The translations under genes were made by a program, and so were the position numbers. Below the pieces are notes generated by a model. It did no database searches. It had not been told where the DNA came from and saw only the letters and a list, made by a program, of their open reading frames with translations. This document shows positions 27,809 through 40,293 of a stretch of 64,000 nt of DNA, one piece after another. Within the stretch, counting starts at the first letter, position 1. The number at the start of each line of letters is the position of its first letter. Source of the DNA: Thermoproteota archaeon (GTDB taxonomy: Archaea; Thermoproteota; Thermoprotei_A; Sulfolobales; Ignisphaeraceae); NCBI GenBank assembly GCA_030550585.1, contig JAUQPB010000001.1, positions 256,001 to 320,000 of the forward strand, written 5' to 3'.

Positions 27809-29395
27809 GGTCAGCCCCACCTGACCACTGTCTACCATGTTTTATGGTCTTTAAAACACTATAGTATTCTATACCGTCTATAAATGCTTTTGCAATAGCA
27901 TCGAATATGTTTAGTGAAAGTGCTTGGGTAGACCATGTGTATAGACTGTTGCTAAAGTTTATTGTAACTCTAAACATCTTGTCTTGGATAAGCATGATCT
28001 CCATATTCATCTTAAGCTCATCATCTATGGCATAAATCCTCTTCAACACATCGAATAGTGCGCTAACCAGAGCTCTCACAGGGTCCACATCAATAGCCTT
28101 ACCCACAACATTATCAACATCAGCTATGCCTATCGAGGTTCCAGCAGAGCTTGAGAATATTGTCCAACTGATTTTGTTAATACCATCGCTTTTATAGCCA
28201 AGCTCTTTAAGAGCTATTAGAAGTGCTGATGCTGATGCCTTATCGAATGTGTAGCCCTGCTTTTCAAGGTCTTTGATCCTTGTAATAATCCTCTTTATCC
28301 GTTCATCCCTCTTGTCAACCTCTATTCCAAATTCCTTAAGGAGAGCAACAATGTTGGCGGCCCCACTAAGCTCTGAAACAATAAATTTTCTTGTGTTGCC
28401 CACAAGCCCAGGATCTATGTGCTCATATGCTCTCGGGTTCTTCAAAACAGCGTCAACGTGGACCCCAGCTTTATGTGCAAATGCGAACTCCCCTACATAG
28501 GGCTGATATGGATTGGGAGAAATGCCAGTTATTCTATAGACAAGCTGAGAGAGCTCTCTAAGCCTCTTCAAGTTATCATCATTTTTAAGTATGTGTAGAC
28601 CCAGCTTATATCGAATAGATGGGATTATCTGGATCAGATCTGCATTACCTGTCCTCTCTCCAATGCCGTTGATAGTGCCTTGAACATGTCTAGCACCAGC
28701 GTATACAGCTATCAGCGTATTTGCAACAGCGCACCCCGAATCGTTGTGCATATGAACACCGACAACAGTTTTCACATTTCTAATAACATGCTTTACAATG
28801 TCGTAGACATCCCACGGCATCATACCCCCATTGGTATCGGCAAGGACTAACACCCTAGCACCAGCCTCTTCAGCCACCTTAAGCACGCTCATTGCATATT
28901 CTGGATCCTCTTTGAACCCCTGGAAAAAGTGTTCAGCATCAAATATAACCTCTATTCCATGTCTCTTCAGATAGTCTATAGTATCGTAAATCATATCCAG
29001 ATTCTCTTCCTTACTAGCCCTCAGAACCTCAAACACATGAAGAGTCCATGACTTGCCAAAAATGACAGCTGTATCGACATCGGCTTTTATTATAGCCTCA
29101 ACACTCTTATCTTGCGAAACAGGAACATCCTTTCTACGTGTACTGCCAAAGGCTGCTATTCTAGAGTTTCTCAATCCATATTTCTTTATCTCCTTGAAGA
29201 ACTCCTCATCCTTTGGATTGGAGCCTGGCCACCCACCCTCTATATAGTCAAAGCCTAGGTCATCAAGGGCTAAAGCAATTCTTATCTTATCTTCTAGTGA
29301 AATAGATACACCTGCTGCTTGAGCACCATCTCTGAGTGTTGTATCTAGTACCTCAACCTTGGATTTCTAAACCACCATTCACCCACGCTCACCAT
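27798..29395 (-). CDS. cimA: Citramalate synthase; N-terminus interrupted near 29367 (frameshift or in-frame TAG)
   Basis: The frame continues upstream of the ORF call through VEVLDTTLRDGAQ...IEGGWPGSNPKD. Also FDAEHFF, HMHND, GERTGNA, HKAGVH. Confidence 0.85.
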
Positions 29396-29450
29396 ACAAA
29401 ATTTTACGTTTTTTAAATGTTTAAATAGTATGATATTATGTTAGGGGCTT

Positions 29451-30766
<1,316 letters not shown>

Positions 30767-30789
<23 letters not shown>

Positions 30790-32497
30790 TGACTATCATC
30801 TCTCTGAAGCTACCGCCTGGAGGAAGTGTTGGAAGAGCTTTTTCGTCCCTTTGAACGGGAACCCTGATAACCGCAGGCATATTCTCTCTAATAGCATTTT
30901 TCAAAGCTATCTCAAGATCTTCATATGACTGGGCATCAAAGCCTAGCGCTCCAAAGCCTTGTGCAAGCTTCACAAAATCTGTTGCAGGCCCTATGTCCAC
31001 AGCTATTATCCTCTTATTGAAGAAGAGGTCTTGAACTTGTCTAACTAAGCCAAGCGTCCTATTATCGAACACAACAGCTATCACAGGTATGTTTTCGTCA
31101 ACAGCTGTGCCAAGATTGTTCATCGTCATTAAGAACGAGCCATCTCCATCTAGGTCAACAACAATTTTATCCGGCCTAGCAACCTTAGCGCCGATGGCTG
31201 CTGGTAAGCCGAATCCCATTGTACCCATCCCACCAGATGTTAAGAATGTTCTCGGTTCAAATACTTCCCAGAAGACCCCGGCCCACATCTGATGAGAGCC
31301 CACACCTGTTGTGACTATGGCGTCTCTTGGCAAAATGTTTCTAATTGTCTTCATTATCTTCCATGGCTTCAAACCCTTTCCATCATCACGATAGTATATC
31401 TGCGAGTAGTACTCTTTGTATTCTATAACCTTTCTCAGCCATTCACTTCTATCTTTTTGGGAGCCCAACATGTTCACAGCTTTTATGAGTTCTCTTAGAC
31501 CCTTTCTAACATCGGCTACAATATATGATTCTACAGGTAGATAGGAAGATAGCTTGTAGATGTCTGTAGGGTCGATGTTGATCAGTATCAACTTCTTTTT
31601 AGTGTCTATAACATCTCTGATATTCGGAATGGTTCTGTCGCTTAACCTAGCACCAACAACTAGAACCACATCAGCATCCATAAACGCTTTATTTGCTTCC
31701 GCCCTTCCGTAATAGCCCATCATACCTATGTACAGTGGGTAGTCATTGGGTATAGCTGATTTGCCTAGCAATGTTGAGACTATGGGCATTCTAAGCATTT
31801 CAGCCAAAGTGATTATCTCCTCTGTTGCAGGTGACCAAACTGCCCCTGCCCCAACAAGCATTAAAGGTCTTTCAGCTTCGATCAATAGCCTCGCCGCTTT
31901 TTTAACCTTTTCAGGGTCTATAACCTCTGGAAACTCTCTATAGCCGTTAAACGATGTGCCATCGAACCATTCTATTTTATTTTCATCAACCTCTTCATTA
32001 AATAGATCTCTTGGAATATCCACGACAACAGGACCTGATCTTCCGGTTAACGCTATACGGATGGCGTTTCTAACCCATTTAGGTATATCCTCAGCGTTTC
32101 TCACTTGAACAACAAACTTCGTTATATTGGCTACAACACCTGGTATATCAGCCTCTTGAAACGATAGCTTACCCAAAGCTGATCGAGGTACTTGACCAGT
32201 AATTGCAATAACTGGTGAATTATCCCAATATGCTGTTGCAAGACCTGTTACAAGATTTAACGCACCTGGACCCGATGTTGCTGTACAAAATCCTGGTCTT
32301 CCAGATGCTCTTGCAAACCCATCTGCTGCATGCGCTGCCCCCTGCTCATGCCTCATAAGAATAACTCTTATGTCATTGTTGGCCACATACTCTACCAATG
32401 CATCATAGAATGCCATATTGGATAGTCCTGGTATTCCAAAGATTACCTTTACTCCCTCTCTCTTCAGAGTCTCAGCTAGAAGCTTTGAACCCTTCAT
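30767..32497 (-). CDS. ilvB: Acetolactate synthase large subunit
   Basis: RHEQGAAHAADG, TSGPGA, GMGTMGFGLPAAIG, GDGSF..N ThDP motif. Confidence 0.95.
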
Positions 32498-32502
32498 AGA
32501 AA

Positions 32503-32547
32503 TCACCTTATTAGAATCTTGATTGAGCCTTGTCCTACTGTTAACAT
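32503..32547 (-). promoter_or_regulatory. Candidate 14-codon leader ORF (MLTVGQGSIKILIR) overlapping the ilvB ribosome-binding site
   Basis: BRE/TATA GAAAAATA-TTATAAAA at -28 to -21 from its ATG; its stop TGA is part of GGTGA just before ilvB. Confidence 0.4.
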
Positions 32548-32764
32548 GCTTACTTGGAATTCTGCGTTTTTATAATATTTTTCATAAGTCTTTTCTCCAC
32601 TCAGCTGACTTGGAGTTCCATCACCTTCACCTCACGCAAATTGTGTATCTAGCTATTTTTGTATGAGCAGGTTTTTAAATCTTTTAGCTACTTAAACAGG
32701 TTTAATGGTGCATAATAGCTTATATACCCTCTCATTCCTCTTTTATTATAGCTAAATAGAAATA

Positions 32765-33952
32765 TTGGGAGGTGTGCTTATTGCTCCAACTCAAAACAGT
32801 TTAGACTACATCCGAAAAAGAGCTGAAAATAGAGTTGTTAGACTGCTAGACACCACATTGAGAGACGGAGAGCAGATGCCTGGAATTTCTCTGACAGTAC
32901 ATCAAAAAATTGAAATAGCTTTGGCTCTAAATGAGTTGGGTGTGGATTCGATAGAGGCAGGCTTTCCAATTACTAGCGAAGGAGAGTTCAAAGCGGTAAA
33001 GATGATAGCTAAAGAAGTTAGAGGCTCTGAGGTTATAGCACTTGCAAGAGCAAATAAGCAGGATATAGATAAGGTCATAGAGGCTGAGGCTCCGGCTGTT
33101 CACACATTCATTGCCACCTCTGATCTCCATATGAGATACAAGCTTAAGATGACCCCTGACCAGGTTATCGAGAGAGCTGTTTCAGCTGTTGAATATGCTA
33201 AGAGTCATGGACTGGTAGTAGAGTTTAGTGCTGAAGATGCGACCAGGTCCGATGTACAGTTCTTGGCGAAGGTGTTTCAAGCTGTTGTTGATGCTGGAGC
33301 GGATAGAATAGACATTGCAGACACAGTTGGCGTTGCGTATCCAAGTTATATGGCGTTTCTAGTATCATACATCAGATCTAATGTCAAGGGAAACTATATA
33401 CTGAGTGTCCACTGTCATGACGATTTTGGTATGGCTGTTGCAAACAGTGTGACAGCCATTGAAAATGGGGCTGACCAGGTCCACGTCACAATGCTTGGAG
33501 TAGGTGAAAGAGCTGGAAATGCTGCATTAGAAGAGGTGGCATCTGCATTAGCATTTCTATATGGCTACAAGCTTAGAATAGACTTCAGTAAAATAAATAA
33601 GGTAGCAAAGATCGTGGCTAATCACTTTGGATTGGTTATACCGCCAAACAAAGCCATTGTAGGGGCAAACGCGTTTGCACACGAGTCGGGAATTCATGTT
33701 CATGGCGTTTTAAGCCACCCTCTAACATATGAGCCTATAGACCCCTCTGCTGTTGGTGCTGAGAGGAGAATTGTTATAGGCAAGCATAGTGGGAGACATG
33801 CGATAGAATATGTCATCAAGCAAATGGGTTTAGAGCCTAGAGAAGATGCTGTCAAAAGGATCTTGGATAGGGTGAAGAGTTTGGCAGACCAAGGAGTTAA
33901 AATCTCCTGGGATACAGTGATAAAGCTTGTAAAAGAGGAGTATGGGGTTTAA
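32765..33952 (+). CDS. leuA: 2-isopropylmalate synthase (short form without regulatory domain)
   Basis: DTTLRDGEQ, HCHDD, GERAGNA, HESGIH, GKHSG; next to leuB. Exact start uncertain; homocitrate synthase not excluded. Confidence 0.8.
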   Translation: MGGVLIAPTQNSLDYIRKRAENRVVRLLDTTLRDGEQMPGISLTVHQKIEIALALNELGVDSIEAGFPITSEGEFKAVKMIAKEVRGSEVIALARANKQDIDKVIEAEAPAVHTFIATSDLHMRYKLKMTPDQVIERAVSAVEYAKSHGLVVEFSAEDATRSDVQFLAKVFQAVVDAGADRIDIADTVGVAYPSYMAFLVSYIRSNVKGNYILSVHCHDDFGMAVANSVTAIENGADQVHVTMLGVGERAGNAALEEVASALAFLYGYKLRIDFSKINKVAKIVANHFGLVIPPNKAIVGANAFAHESGIHVHGVLSHPLTYEPIDPSAVGAERRIVIGKHSGRHAIEYVIKQMGLEPREDAVKRILDRVKSLADQGVKISWDTVIKLVKEEYGV

Positions 33953-33955
33953 CAA

Positions 33956-34972
33956 GTGTTTAGGGTAGCGGTTATAGAGGGAGATGGTATAGGTCCTGAG
34001 ATAATCGATGCTACTTTCAAGGTCTTGGCAAAACTTGTTGCCAAATACAGACTTGAAATAGAGTTTGTAAAGGTTGAGGCAGGAGATAACGCTGTTAGAA
34101 AGTATGGGGTTGCTGTTCCGGAAGAGTCTTGGAAAACAATAAAGGGTTGTGACGCCATTTTAAAGGGTCCTGTAGGAGAGTCTGCAGGCGATGTTGTTGT
34201 CAAGATTAGAAGAGGTTTGGATCTCTACGCCAATATAAGACCTTCGAAGGCTCTACCCGGTGTAAAGGCTTTGAAACCAAATATAGATCTTGTTATAGTT
34301 AGGGAAAATACAGAAGACGTTTACGTAAGAGCCGAGTATGTATTACCAGAAGATGTCTCTATAGCCATTCGTGTTATAAGTCGAAAAGCCTCTCAGAGAA
34401 TTGCTAGAAAGGCATTTGAAATAGCCAAGGGTAGGAGAAAGAAAGTTACTGTTGTCCATAAAGCAAATGTTTTAACGGTTACAGATGGCTTGTTCAAGTC
34501 AACTGTTTATGACGTTGGAAGAAGGGAGTTTCCGGATATTGAAATAGATGAGATGTATATTGATGCAGCTGTAATGGATATTGTTAGAAAACCTGAGAGA
34601 TTCGATGTAATTGTAACAACAAATCTATATGGGGATATCCTAAGCGATTTAGCTGCATATGTATCTGGCAGCATCGGCCTTGCAGCATCTGCTAACATAG
34701 GAGACGAAAAAGCTATGTTCGAGCCAATACATGGCGCGGCATTCGATATAGCTGGCAAGGGAATCGCAAACCCAACTGCAATGATGTTATCTGCTGCGTG
34801 GATGCTTAAATGGCTTGGGGAAAGGAGCAATAGTAGGAGCTATGTAGAGGCTGGAAAGGCCCTCGAAAAAGCAATTGAAGCTACATTAGCTGATGGAAAA
34901 ATCCTCACACCCGATCTTGGAGGTAGTGCAACAACAGCAGAATTTACAGAAGCTGTTATTTCGAGGCTTTAA
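33956..34972 (+). CDS. leuB: 3-isopropylmalate dehydrogenase
   Basis: GDGIGPE, RENTED, HKAN, NLYGDILSD, EPIHG, TPDLGG. Confidence 0.88.
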   Translation: MFRVAVIEGDGIGPEIIDATFKVLAKLVAKYRLEIEFVKVEAGDNAVRKYGVAVPEESWKTIKGCDAILKGPVGESAGDVVVKIRRGLDLYANIRPSKALPGVKALKPNIDLVIVRENTEDVYVRAEYVLPEDVSIAIRVISRKASQRIARKAFEIAKGRRKKVTVVHKANVLTVTDGLFKSTVYDVGRREFPDIEIDEMYIDAAVMDIVRKPERFDVIVTTNLYGDILSDLAAYVSGSIGLAASANIGDEKAMFEPIHGAAFDIAGKGIANPTAMMLSAAWMLKWLGERSNSRSYVEAGKALEKAIEATLADGKILTPDLGGSATTAEFTEAVISRL

Positions 34973-34977
34973 ACCAT

Positions 34978-35334
34978 TCAAAGAATCTCATTGTATCTCC
35001 TATAGAAACAACTAAAATTGCCTGTATGGCACATGGGTCCCATCGGCTTCACCAATACTAGTACCGCATCTTCATCACAATCAACTTTGACGTCAACAAC
35101 AATCTGGAGGTTTCCGCTGGTCTCCCCTTTCAGCCAAAGCTTTTTTCTAGAGGTTGACCATAGGTGGAGATAGCCTGTTGTAAGTGTTTTTATCAAAGCC
35201 TCTTTATTCATGAAGCCTACCGACAACACCTCCTTTGTTTTGTAATCCTGTATAACAGCTACTACAGTATTGTCCTCGTGTCTAAACCTCAGCCTGCTAG
35301 CTATCTTTTCCGCCTCTTCGGTGCTGAGCCTCAC
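34978..35334 (-). CDS. hisI: Phosphoribosyl-AMP cyclohydrolase
   Basis: WLKGETSGN, DCDED, CHTG..SCF. Confidence 0.95.
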   Translation of the reverse strand: MRLSTEEAEKIASRLRFRHEDNTVVAVIQDYKTKEVLSVGFMNKEALIKTLTTGYLHLWSTSRKKLWLKGETSGNLQIVVDVKVDCDEDAVLVLVKPMGPMCHTGNFSCFYRRYNEIL

Positions 35335-35939
35335 GTTCTCAACCAGTTAAACACTGTTTTGAGAAACTCAGCCCCGTTTAAATGGCTTTTCTCTGGATGG
35401 AACTGAACAGCTATTACCCTATCTTTAAGTAGCATTGACGGGATTTTGACATCGCCATACTCACTTATAAAGCATATGCTATCAACTTCATTAGTGTGAG
35501 CCATATAGCTATGCATGAAATACATGTATTTACCGTCAACACCTTGGAATAATCTACATTTATCATTTCCAACAAACCTGATCTTGTCCCACCCAATACG
35601 AGGCAACTTTAGTTTTGTGGGAACCCTATCTACATAGCCTCTGAACCATCCGAGACCTTTGCTAGGCACCCCACCCTCCATGCTATATTCAAACATTATC
35701 TGCATACCTATGCATATGCCAAGAAATGCCATGCCGCTTTTCTTCATATCGTTTAGAACATCTGAATATTTTATGATATACCTTGAAACAGCTTTGAAGT
35801 TTCCAACACCTGGAAAAACAATTAGATCAACATTTCTTCTGGGCTCTACATCCACAAATACCTCGAATCCTGTTCTCCTCAATGCATTGGAAATGCTATA
35901 GAGATTTCCAACACCGTAATTAATAACAAGAGCCTTCAT
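35331..35939 (-). CDS. hisH: Imidazole glycerol phosphate synthase glutaminase subunit
   Basis: GNLYS, PGVG, GICIGMQ, QFHPEKS. Confidence 0.95.
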   Translation of the reverse strand: MKALVINYGVGNLYSISNALRRTGFEVFVDVEPRRNVDLIVFPGVGNFKAVSRYIIKYSDVLNDMKKSGMAFLGICIGMQIMFEYSMEGGVPSKGLGWFRGYVDRVPTKLKLPRIGWDKIRFVGNDKCRLFQGVDGKYMYFMHSYMAHTNEVDSICFISEYGDVKIPSMLLKDRVIAVQFHPEKSHLNGAEFLKTVFNWLRT

Positions 35940-36220
35940 TTCTTCATCCTCTTCTCAAGTTCTGCACAAACATCTTCTAGAGAGACATTGTTTACAGCCA
36001 TAAGCACCATCATATGGTAGACCAAGTCAGCCAACTCCTCTACCAACCTCTTTCTATCCTCATATAAAGATGCTACTACAACCTCCACAGCCTCTTCACC
36101 AAGTTTTCTAGCCACATATCCCCTGCCCTTAGATGCAAGCTCGACTGTGTAGCTTCCCACAGGCCTCTTCTCTAACCTATCTAGCACAATCTTATATAGC
36201 CTTTCAAATGTTTCGCACAT
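35936..36220 (-). CDS. hisE: Phosphoribosyl-ATP pyrophosphatase
   Basis: GSYT, KLGEEAVE, ELADLVYH. Confidence 0.95.
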   Translation of the reverse strand: MCETFERLYKIVLDRLEKRPVGSYTVELASKGRGYVARKLGEEAVEVVVASLYEDRKRLVEELADLVYHMMVLMAVNNVSLEDVCAELEKRMKK

Positions 36221-37412
36221 GCCTCATCACAACACTTTTTGCATGCAGTTCAAAGCCCTCATATCTAGCTAATGTTTCAACAGCCTCTAAAACATTCTTA
36301 TCAATCTCCCTATCATCGAATAGAACTGCAACTGGCTTTAGAAAGTCGTAAACTGTTAGAGCTCCTCTAACCCTTGCCCATTTATTTGTCGGCAGAATGT
36401 GGTTTGGCCCAATATAATCTATTAGGGCTGGTGGTGAGTAGTTGTATGAGACTGCCCCGGCATTTCGAATTCTATTTAGAAGCTTGTCAGCGTCTCTTAC
36501 ATGGATTGATAGATGTTCTGGAGCAAACTCGTTAGCTATTTTCATAGCTTCATCAATTGAGTTGGCAACGTATATGTAGAAGCTGCCTTTAAGATCTCTG
36601 ACCAGCTCCTCAACAGCTTGGGCAACCCTACTCGAGGTTGTCAATAGAACAACTGGACTATCCATACCATGTTCTGCCTGAGCTGCCATATCCATGGCAA
36701 CCAACTTCGGGTCTGCGGACTCATCGGCAATGACAACAAGTTCTGTTGGCCCCTCAACACCATCAATCTCGACAACGTCTCTAACAAGAGCTTTTGCGGC
36801 TTGTACATATATGTTTCCAGGGCCAACAATTTTATCGACCTTCCTCACACTTTCTGTACCATATGCTAATGCCGCTATTATTTGTGCACCACCAACCCTG
36901 TATATATTCTCTACACCTATCAGCTGAGACACATATATAGTTGCAGGATCTATACAGCCGGTTTTATTTGGTGGCGACGCCACCGCTATTCTACTTACCC
37001 CTGCCACCTTTGCCGGAACACCAGCCATCAGAAGCGTTGATGGATATGACTTTCTCCCGCCTGGCACATATACACCAATGCTTTCAATTGGCTTCCATAT
37101 AATACCCATTCTAACCCCGCTTAATTGTATTTGGAAATCTTTTGGCTTAAACTCTTGATAGAAACGCATGAGGAGATCATATAATGTGTCTATGGCTCTT
37201 CTGACATCATTTTTAAGTTCCTCTAGACATTTGCTTCTAAGACTGGGGGTAAGCTCTACAGTATCGATATCTATACCGTCAAACCTCTTCGTATATTCTA
37301 TTAATGCTTTATCACCTCTGTTCCTAACATCATCAATTATCTGTTTAACGTAGTTCAGCACACTACTAATACTGTACTGGTTTTGCTGTGGGAGACCGTG
37401 TACAACTGTCAT
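36204..37412 (-). CDS. hisD: Histidinol dehydrogenase
   Basis: YVPGG, GGAQ, IVGPGN, QAEH, APEHL, NHILPT. Confidence 0.95.
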   Translation of the reverse strand: MTVVHGLPQQNQYSISSVLNYVKQIIDDVRNRGDKALIEYTKRFDGIDIDTVELTPSLRSKCLEELKNDVRRAIDTLYDLLMRFYQEFKPKDFQIQLSGVRMGIIWKPIESIGVYVPGGRKSYPSTLLMAGVPAKVAGVSRIAVASPPNKTGCIDPATIYVSQLIGVENIYRVGGAQIIAALAYGTESVRKVDKIVGPGNIYVQAAKALVRDVVEIDGVEGPTELVVIADESADPKLVAMDMAAQAEHGMDSPVVLLTTSSRVAQAVEELVRDLKGSFYIYVANSIDEAMKIANEFAPEHLSIHVRDADKLLNRIRNAGAVSYNYSPPALIDYIGPNHILPTNKWARVRGALTVYDFLKPVAVLFDDREIDKNVLEAVETLARYEGFELHAKSVVMRHVRNI

Positions 37413-38161
37413 ATTCTCACCTCAACACCTCTCTCATAGAGATATCTCTTAAGATCCATAATCCTTATAACACCATCGTGAAAAACGCCAGCGGCTAAAG
37501 CTGCATCAGCTTTGCCTGCTGTTAAAACCTCGTAGAAGTGCTCCATGCTCCCAGCCCCACCACTAGCTATGACAGGTATTGAGACGGCTTCTGAAACCCT
37601 CCTAGTCAACTCTATTTCATAGCCGATACGAGTTCCATCCCTGTCTATACTTGTTAAGAGTATTTCGCCTGCTCCAAGCCTCTCCACAGTCTTAGCCCAT
37701 TCTATCGCATCTAGACCAGTATCAACGGTAGCTGACTTCACAAAAACTATATATCTGCCCCCAATCTTTTTCGCATCTATTGCTACAACAATCGACTGAG
37801 AACCGAACTCATCACTAGCCACTTTAATCAAATCCGGGTTTTCAACAGCAGCTGTATTGATACTCACCTTATCGGCACCGCTTGAGAGAGCACTTGAAAT
37901 GTCGTCAAGCGATCTTATGCCTCCTCCAACTGTCAATGGTATGGATACCACGCTTGCCGTGTCTCTAACAACTCTAAACAGCGTTGCTCTATTCTCGAGA
38001 GAAGCTGAAATATCTAAGAAGACTATTTCGTCTGCACCCTCCTCCTCATATCTAGCAGCAAGCTCTACAGGATCGCCCTTATCTCTTAGATTGACGAAGT
38101 TAACTCCTTTAACAACTCTACCATTTTTAACATCTAGACATGGAATTATCCTCTTAATCAC
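37409..38161 (-). CDS. hisF: Imidazole glycerol phosphate synthase cyclase subunit
   Basis: [29 protein letters not shown]. Confidence 0.97.
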   Translation of the reverse strand: MIKRIIPCLDVKNGRVVKGVNFVNLRDKGDPVELAARYEEEGADEIVFLDISASLENRATLFRVVRDTASVVSIPLTVGGGIRSLDDISSALSSGADKVSINTAAVENPDLIKVASDEFGSQSIVVAIDAKKIGGRYIVFVKSATVDTGLDAIEWAKTVERLGAGEILLTSIDRDGTRIGYEIELTRRVSEAVSIPVIASGGAGSMEHFYEVLTAGKADAALAAGVFHDGVIRIMDLKRYLYERGVEVRI

Positions 38162-38742
38162 CTTAAAACACCCTTCAAACTCCTTACACCAGACCCAACA
38201 ATTCTTGTCGAGTCATATAACGCCATTCCAAGACCTTTGAAAACGGCTTCAACGACGTGATGATCATTGAAACCCCTTAGCTTGACAACATGAATTGTTA
38301 TACCAGCCCTCTTAGCTAGCGAATCTATAAAGTGCTGAACATTCTCAAGGGAAAGCCCGCCTATAGCCTCTCTCGAGAAGCTTAGATCTATAAATGCCCC
38401 ACCCCTACCAGAGATGTCAACAGCTATAAGAACTAGTGCGTCATCCATTGGCACGATCTGGTGGGAAAACCTCTTTATACCCACTCTATCACCTAGGCAC
38501 TTTTCTAGCGCACTCCCAATTACAATTGCAGAGTCCTCTACAATGTGATGGTCGTCAACACTCTTCTTTTCCTCGGCATAAACCTTTGCTCTAGAGTTCA
38601 TGTAGAGGAACATTGTTTCAAGCATATGGTTGAAGAATGGTATGGGTGTTGAAATCTCAATATCTCCTGGTTCATCTAGATTAAACTCAACAGCTATTTT
38701 AGTCTCTCTGGTTTCTCTATACTCTCTACACTCTCTAGACAA
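38158..38742 (-). CDS. hisB: Imidazoleglycerol-phosphate dehydratase
   Basis: [35 protein letters not shown]. Confidence 0.95.
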   Translation of the reverse strand: MSRECREYRETRETKIAVEFNLDEPGDIEISTPIPFFNHMLETMFLYMNSRAKVYAEEKKSVDDHHIVEDSAIVIGSALEKCLGDRVGIKRFSHQIVPMDDALVLIAVDISGRGGAFIDLSFSREAIGGLSLENVQHFIDSLAKRAGITIHVVKLRGFNDHHVVEAVFKGLGMALYDSTRIVGSGVRSLKGVLR

Positions 38743-39430
38743 CTTTCACACCCCATAACCTGCCATTATACAAGGCCATGCCAACAATGGTATAGTCTAT
38801 GCCAAAACTCTTCAGAGTCTGTAGATCGTGTATTGTTGAAACACCACCTGCATATTCCTTTAACCCCTTCACATAGCCTACAAATTCTCCTAGCCTCATA
38901 TCAACACCTTTTTCACTACCCTCATTCTCTATGTATGTAAATAAAACTCCTCTAACATCATAATTCCTGATCTCGTTCAATGCATCACCTAGCTTCATAG
39001 CCTCTTTGCTCCATCCACCTATTCTCACGATATAGTTGTTGTCATAATCCAAGGCTATAATCACTTTATCTCCTCCCACAGCCTCTAGTATTCTTTCGAA
39101 TTCTTTTCTAGCGGTAAAGAAAATTGTTGACACAACCACAGCTGAGGCCCCATACGACAAAAGAGTTGATGCTTTATCTACAGACCTTACACCACCTCCA
39201 ACCTGAATCCACTTAAAACCTATGCCGCATAACCCCTTTACAGTAGGTTCATTAGAGCCCGCACCTTCTGCTGCATCGAGATCGACAACATGCAGATATT
39301 CGTAGCCCGCTTCATATAGCTTAGTAGCGATTTTTAATGGATCTCCAAGAAAGAGACCAGTTCCCCTAACACCTCTAACTCTTTTAACAGCACTACCACC
39401 ACTCAAATCGATGCTTGGCATGACTATCAT
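38735..39430 (-). CDS. hisA: ProFAR isomerase
   Basis: PSIDL..G.AVK, HVVDLDAA, QVGGGVR. Confidence 0.93.
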   Translation of the reverse strand: MIVMPSIDLSGGSAVKRVRGVRGTGLFLGDPLKIATKLYEAGYEYLHVVDLDAAEGAGSNEPTVKGLCGIGFKWIQVGGGVRSVDKASTLLSYGASAVVVSTIFFTARKEFERILEAVGGDKVIIALDYDNNYIVRIGGWSKEAMKLGDALNEIRNYDVRGVLFTYIENEGSEKGVDMRLGEFVGYVKGLKEYAGGVSTIHDLQTLKSFGIDYTIVGMALYNGRLWGVKVV

Positions 39431-40293
39431 CTAATCACCTTTTCAATGTCTACTACCACTATATCCCTAGCACCAAGATCTAGCACCTTTGACACAACCT
39501 CTGGAATCTCATCCTCGTTAACAACAGTTATAACCTCCCACACATTACCCTTGCTCAACCGCGTAACAGCTGGTGCAAGCATTGCAGGCAAGACCTTCAA
39601 AACCTTGTCCAAGCTCTCATCAGGAACGTTCATGAATAGCATCTTCTTGTTCTTACCCTCTATAACCCCTCTGAACAATGTTACAACGAGTTTAATCATA
39701 TCGGCATCTTTACTTGACTTCCAGTCTCTCCTAGCGATAACAACCGCCTGAGTCTCTAGAACAACATCTATGGGCTCCAAACCATGTATTCTCAATGTGG
39801 TGCCAGTACTCATAACATCTATAACAGCATCAGCAGCTCCAAGATATGGCATAACCTCTGCCGCACCACTTATTTTAACTATCCTAGCTTTCAAATTCTT
39901 TGAATTTGCATATCTTAATGCAATGTTATAGTATTTTGTCGCTATTCTAATTTCTCTACCACTTTTAGCAATATCCTCCACACTTTCCACGCCCCAGCTC
40001 CGTGGAACCGCAAACACTATCTTTGCTTTTCCAAAATCTAACTCTAAAACCTCATCAACTTCAACACCACTTTCAACAACATAGTCATGCCCTGTTATAC
40101 CTATTGAGGCTCCGCCGCCTTCGATAATGTATGGAATGTCCTCTGGTCTCACCATTATAACCTCAACATTCTTCCAATTCGTTGGCACAATCAACGCCCT
40201 TTCATCAGCTGATAACAATTTAATTCCTGCGGCATTAAGCAATTCAATTACAGGTTGCTGTAGCCTCCCCTTATTTGGAATGGCTATTCTCAT
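39427..40293 (-). CDS. hisG: ATP phosphoribosyltransferase (long form)
   Basis: IAIPNKGRL, RPEDIP, IATKY, DVMSTGTTL. Confidence 0.95.
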   Translation of the reverse strand: MRIAIPNKGRLQQPVIELLNAAGIKLLSADERALIVPTNWKNVEVIMVRPEDIPYIIEGGGASIGITGHDYVVESGVEVDEVLELDFGKAKIVFAVPRSWGVESVEDIAKSGREIRIATKYYNIALRYANSKNLKARIVKISGAAEVMPYLGAADAVIDVMSTGTTLRIHGLEPIDVVLETQAVVIARRDWKSSKDADMIKLVVTLFRGVIEGKNKKMLFMNVPDESLDKVLKVLPAMLAPAVTRLSKGNVWEVITVVNEDEIPEVVSKVLDLGARDIVVVDIEKVIR

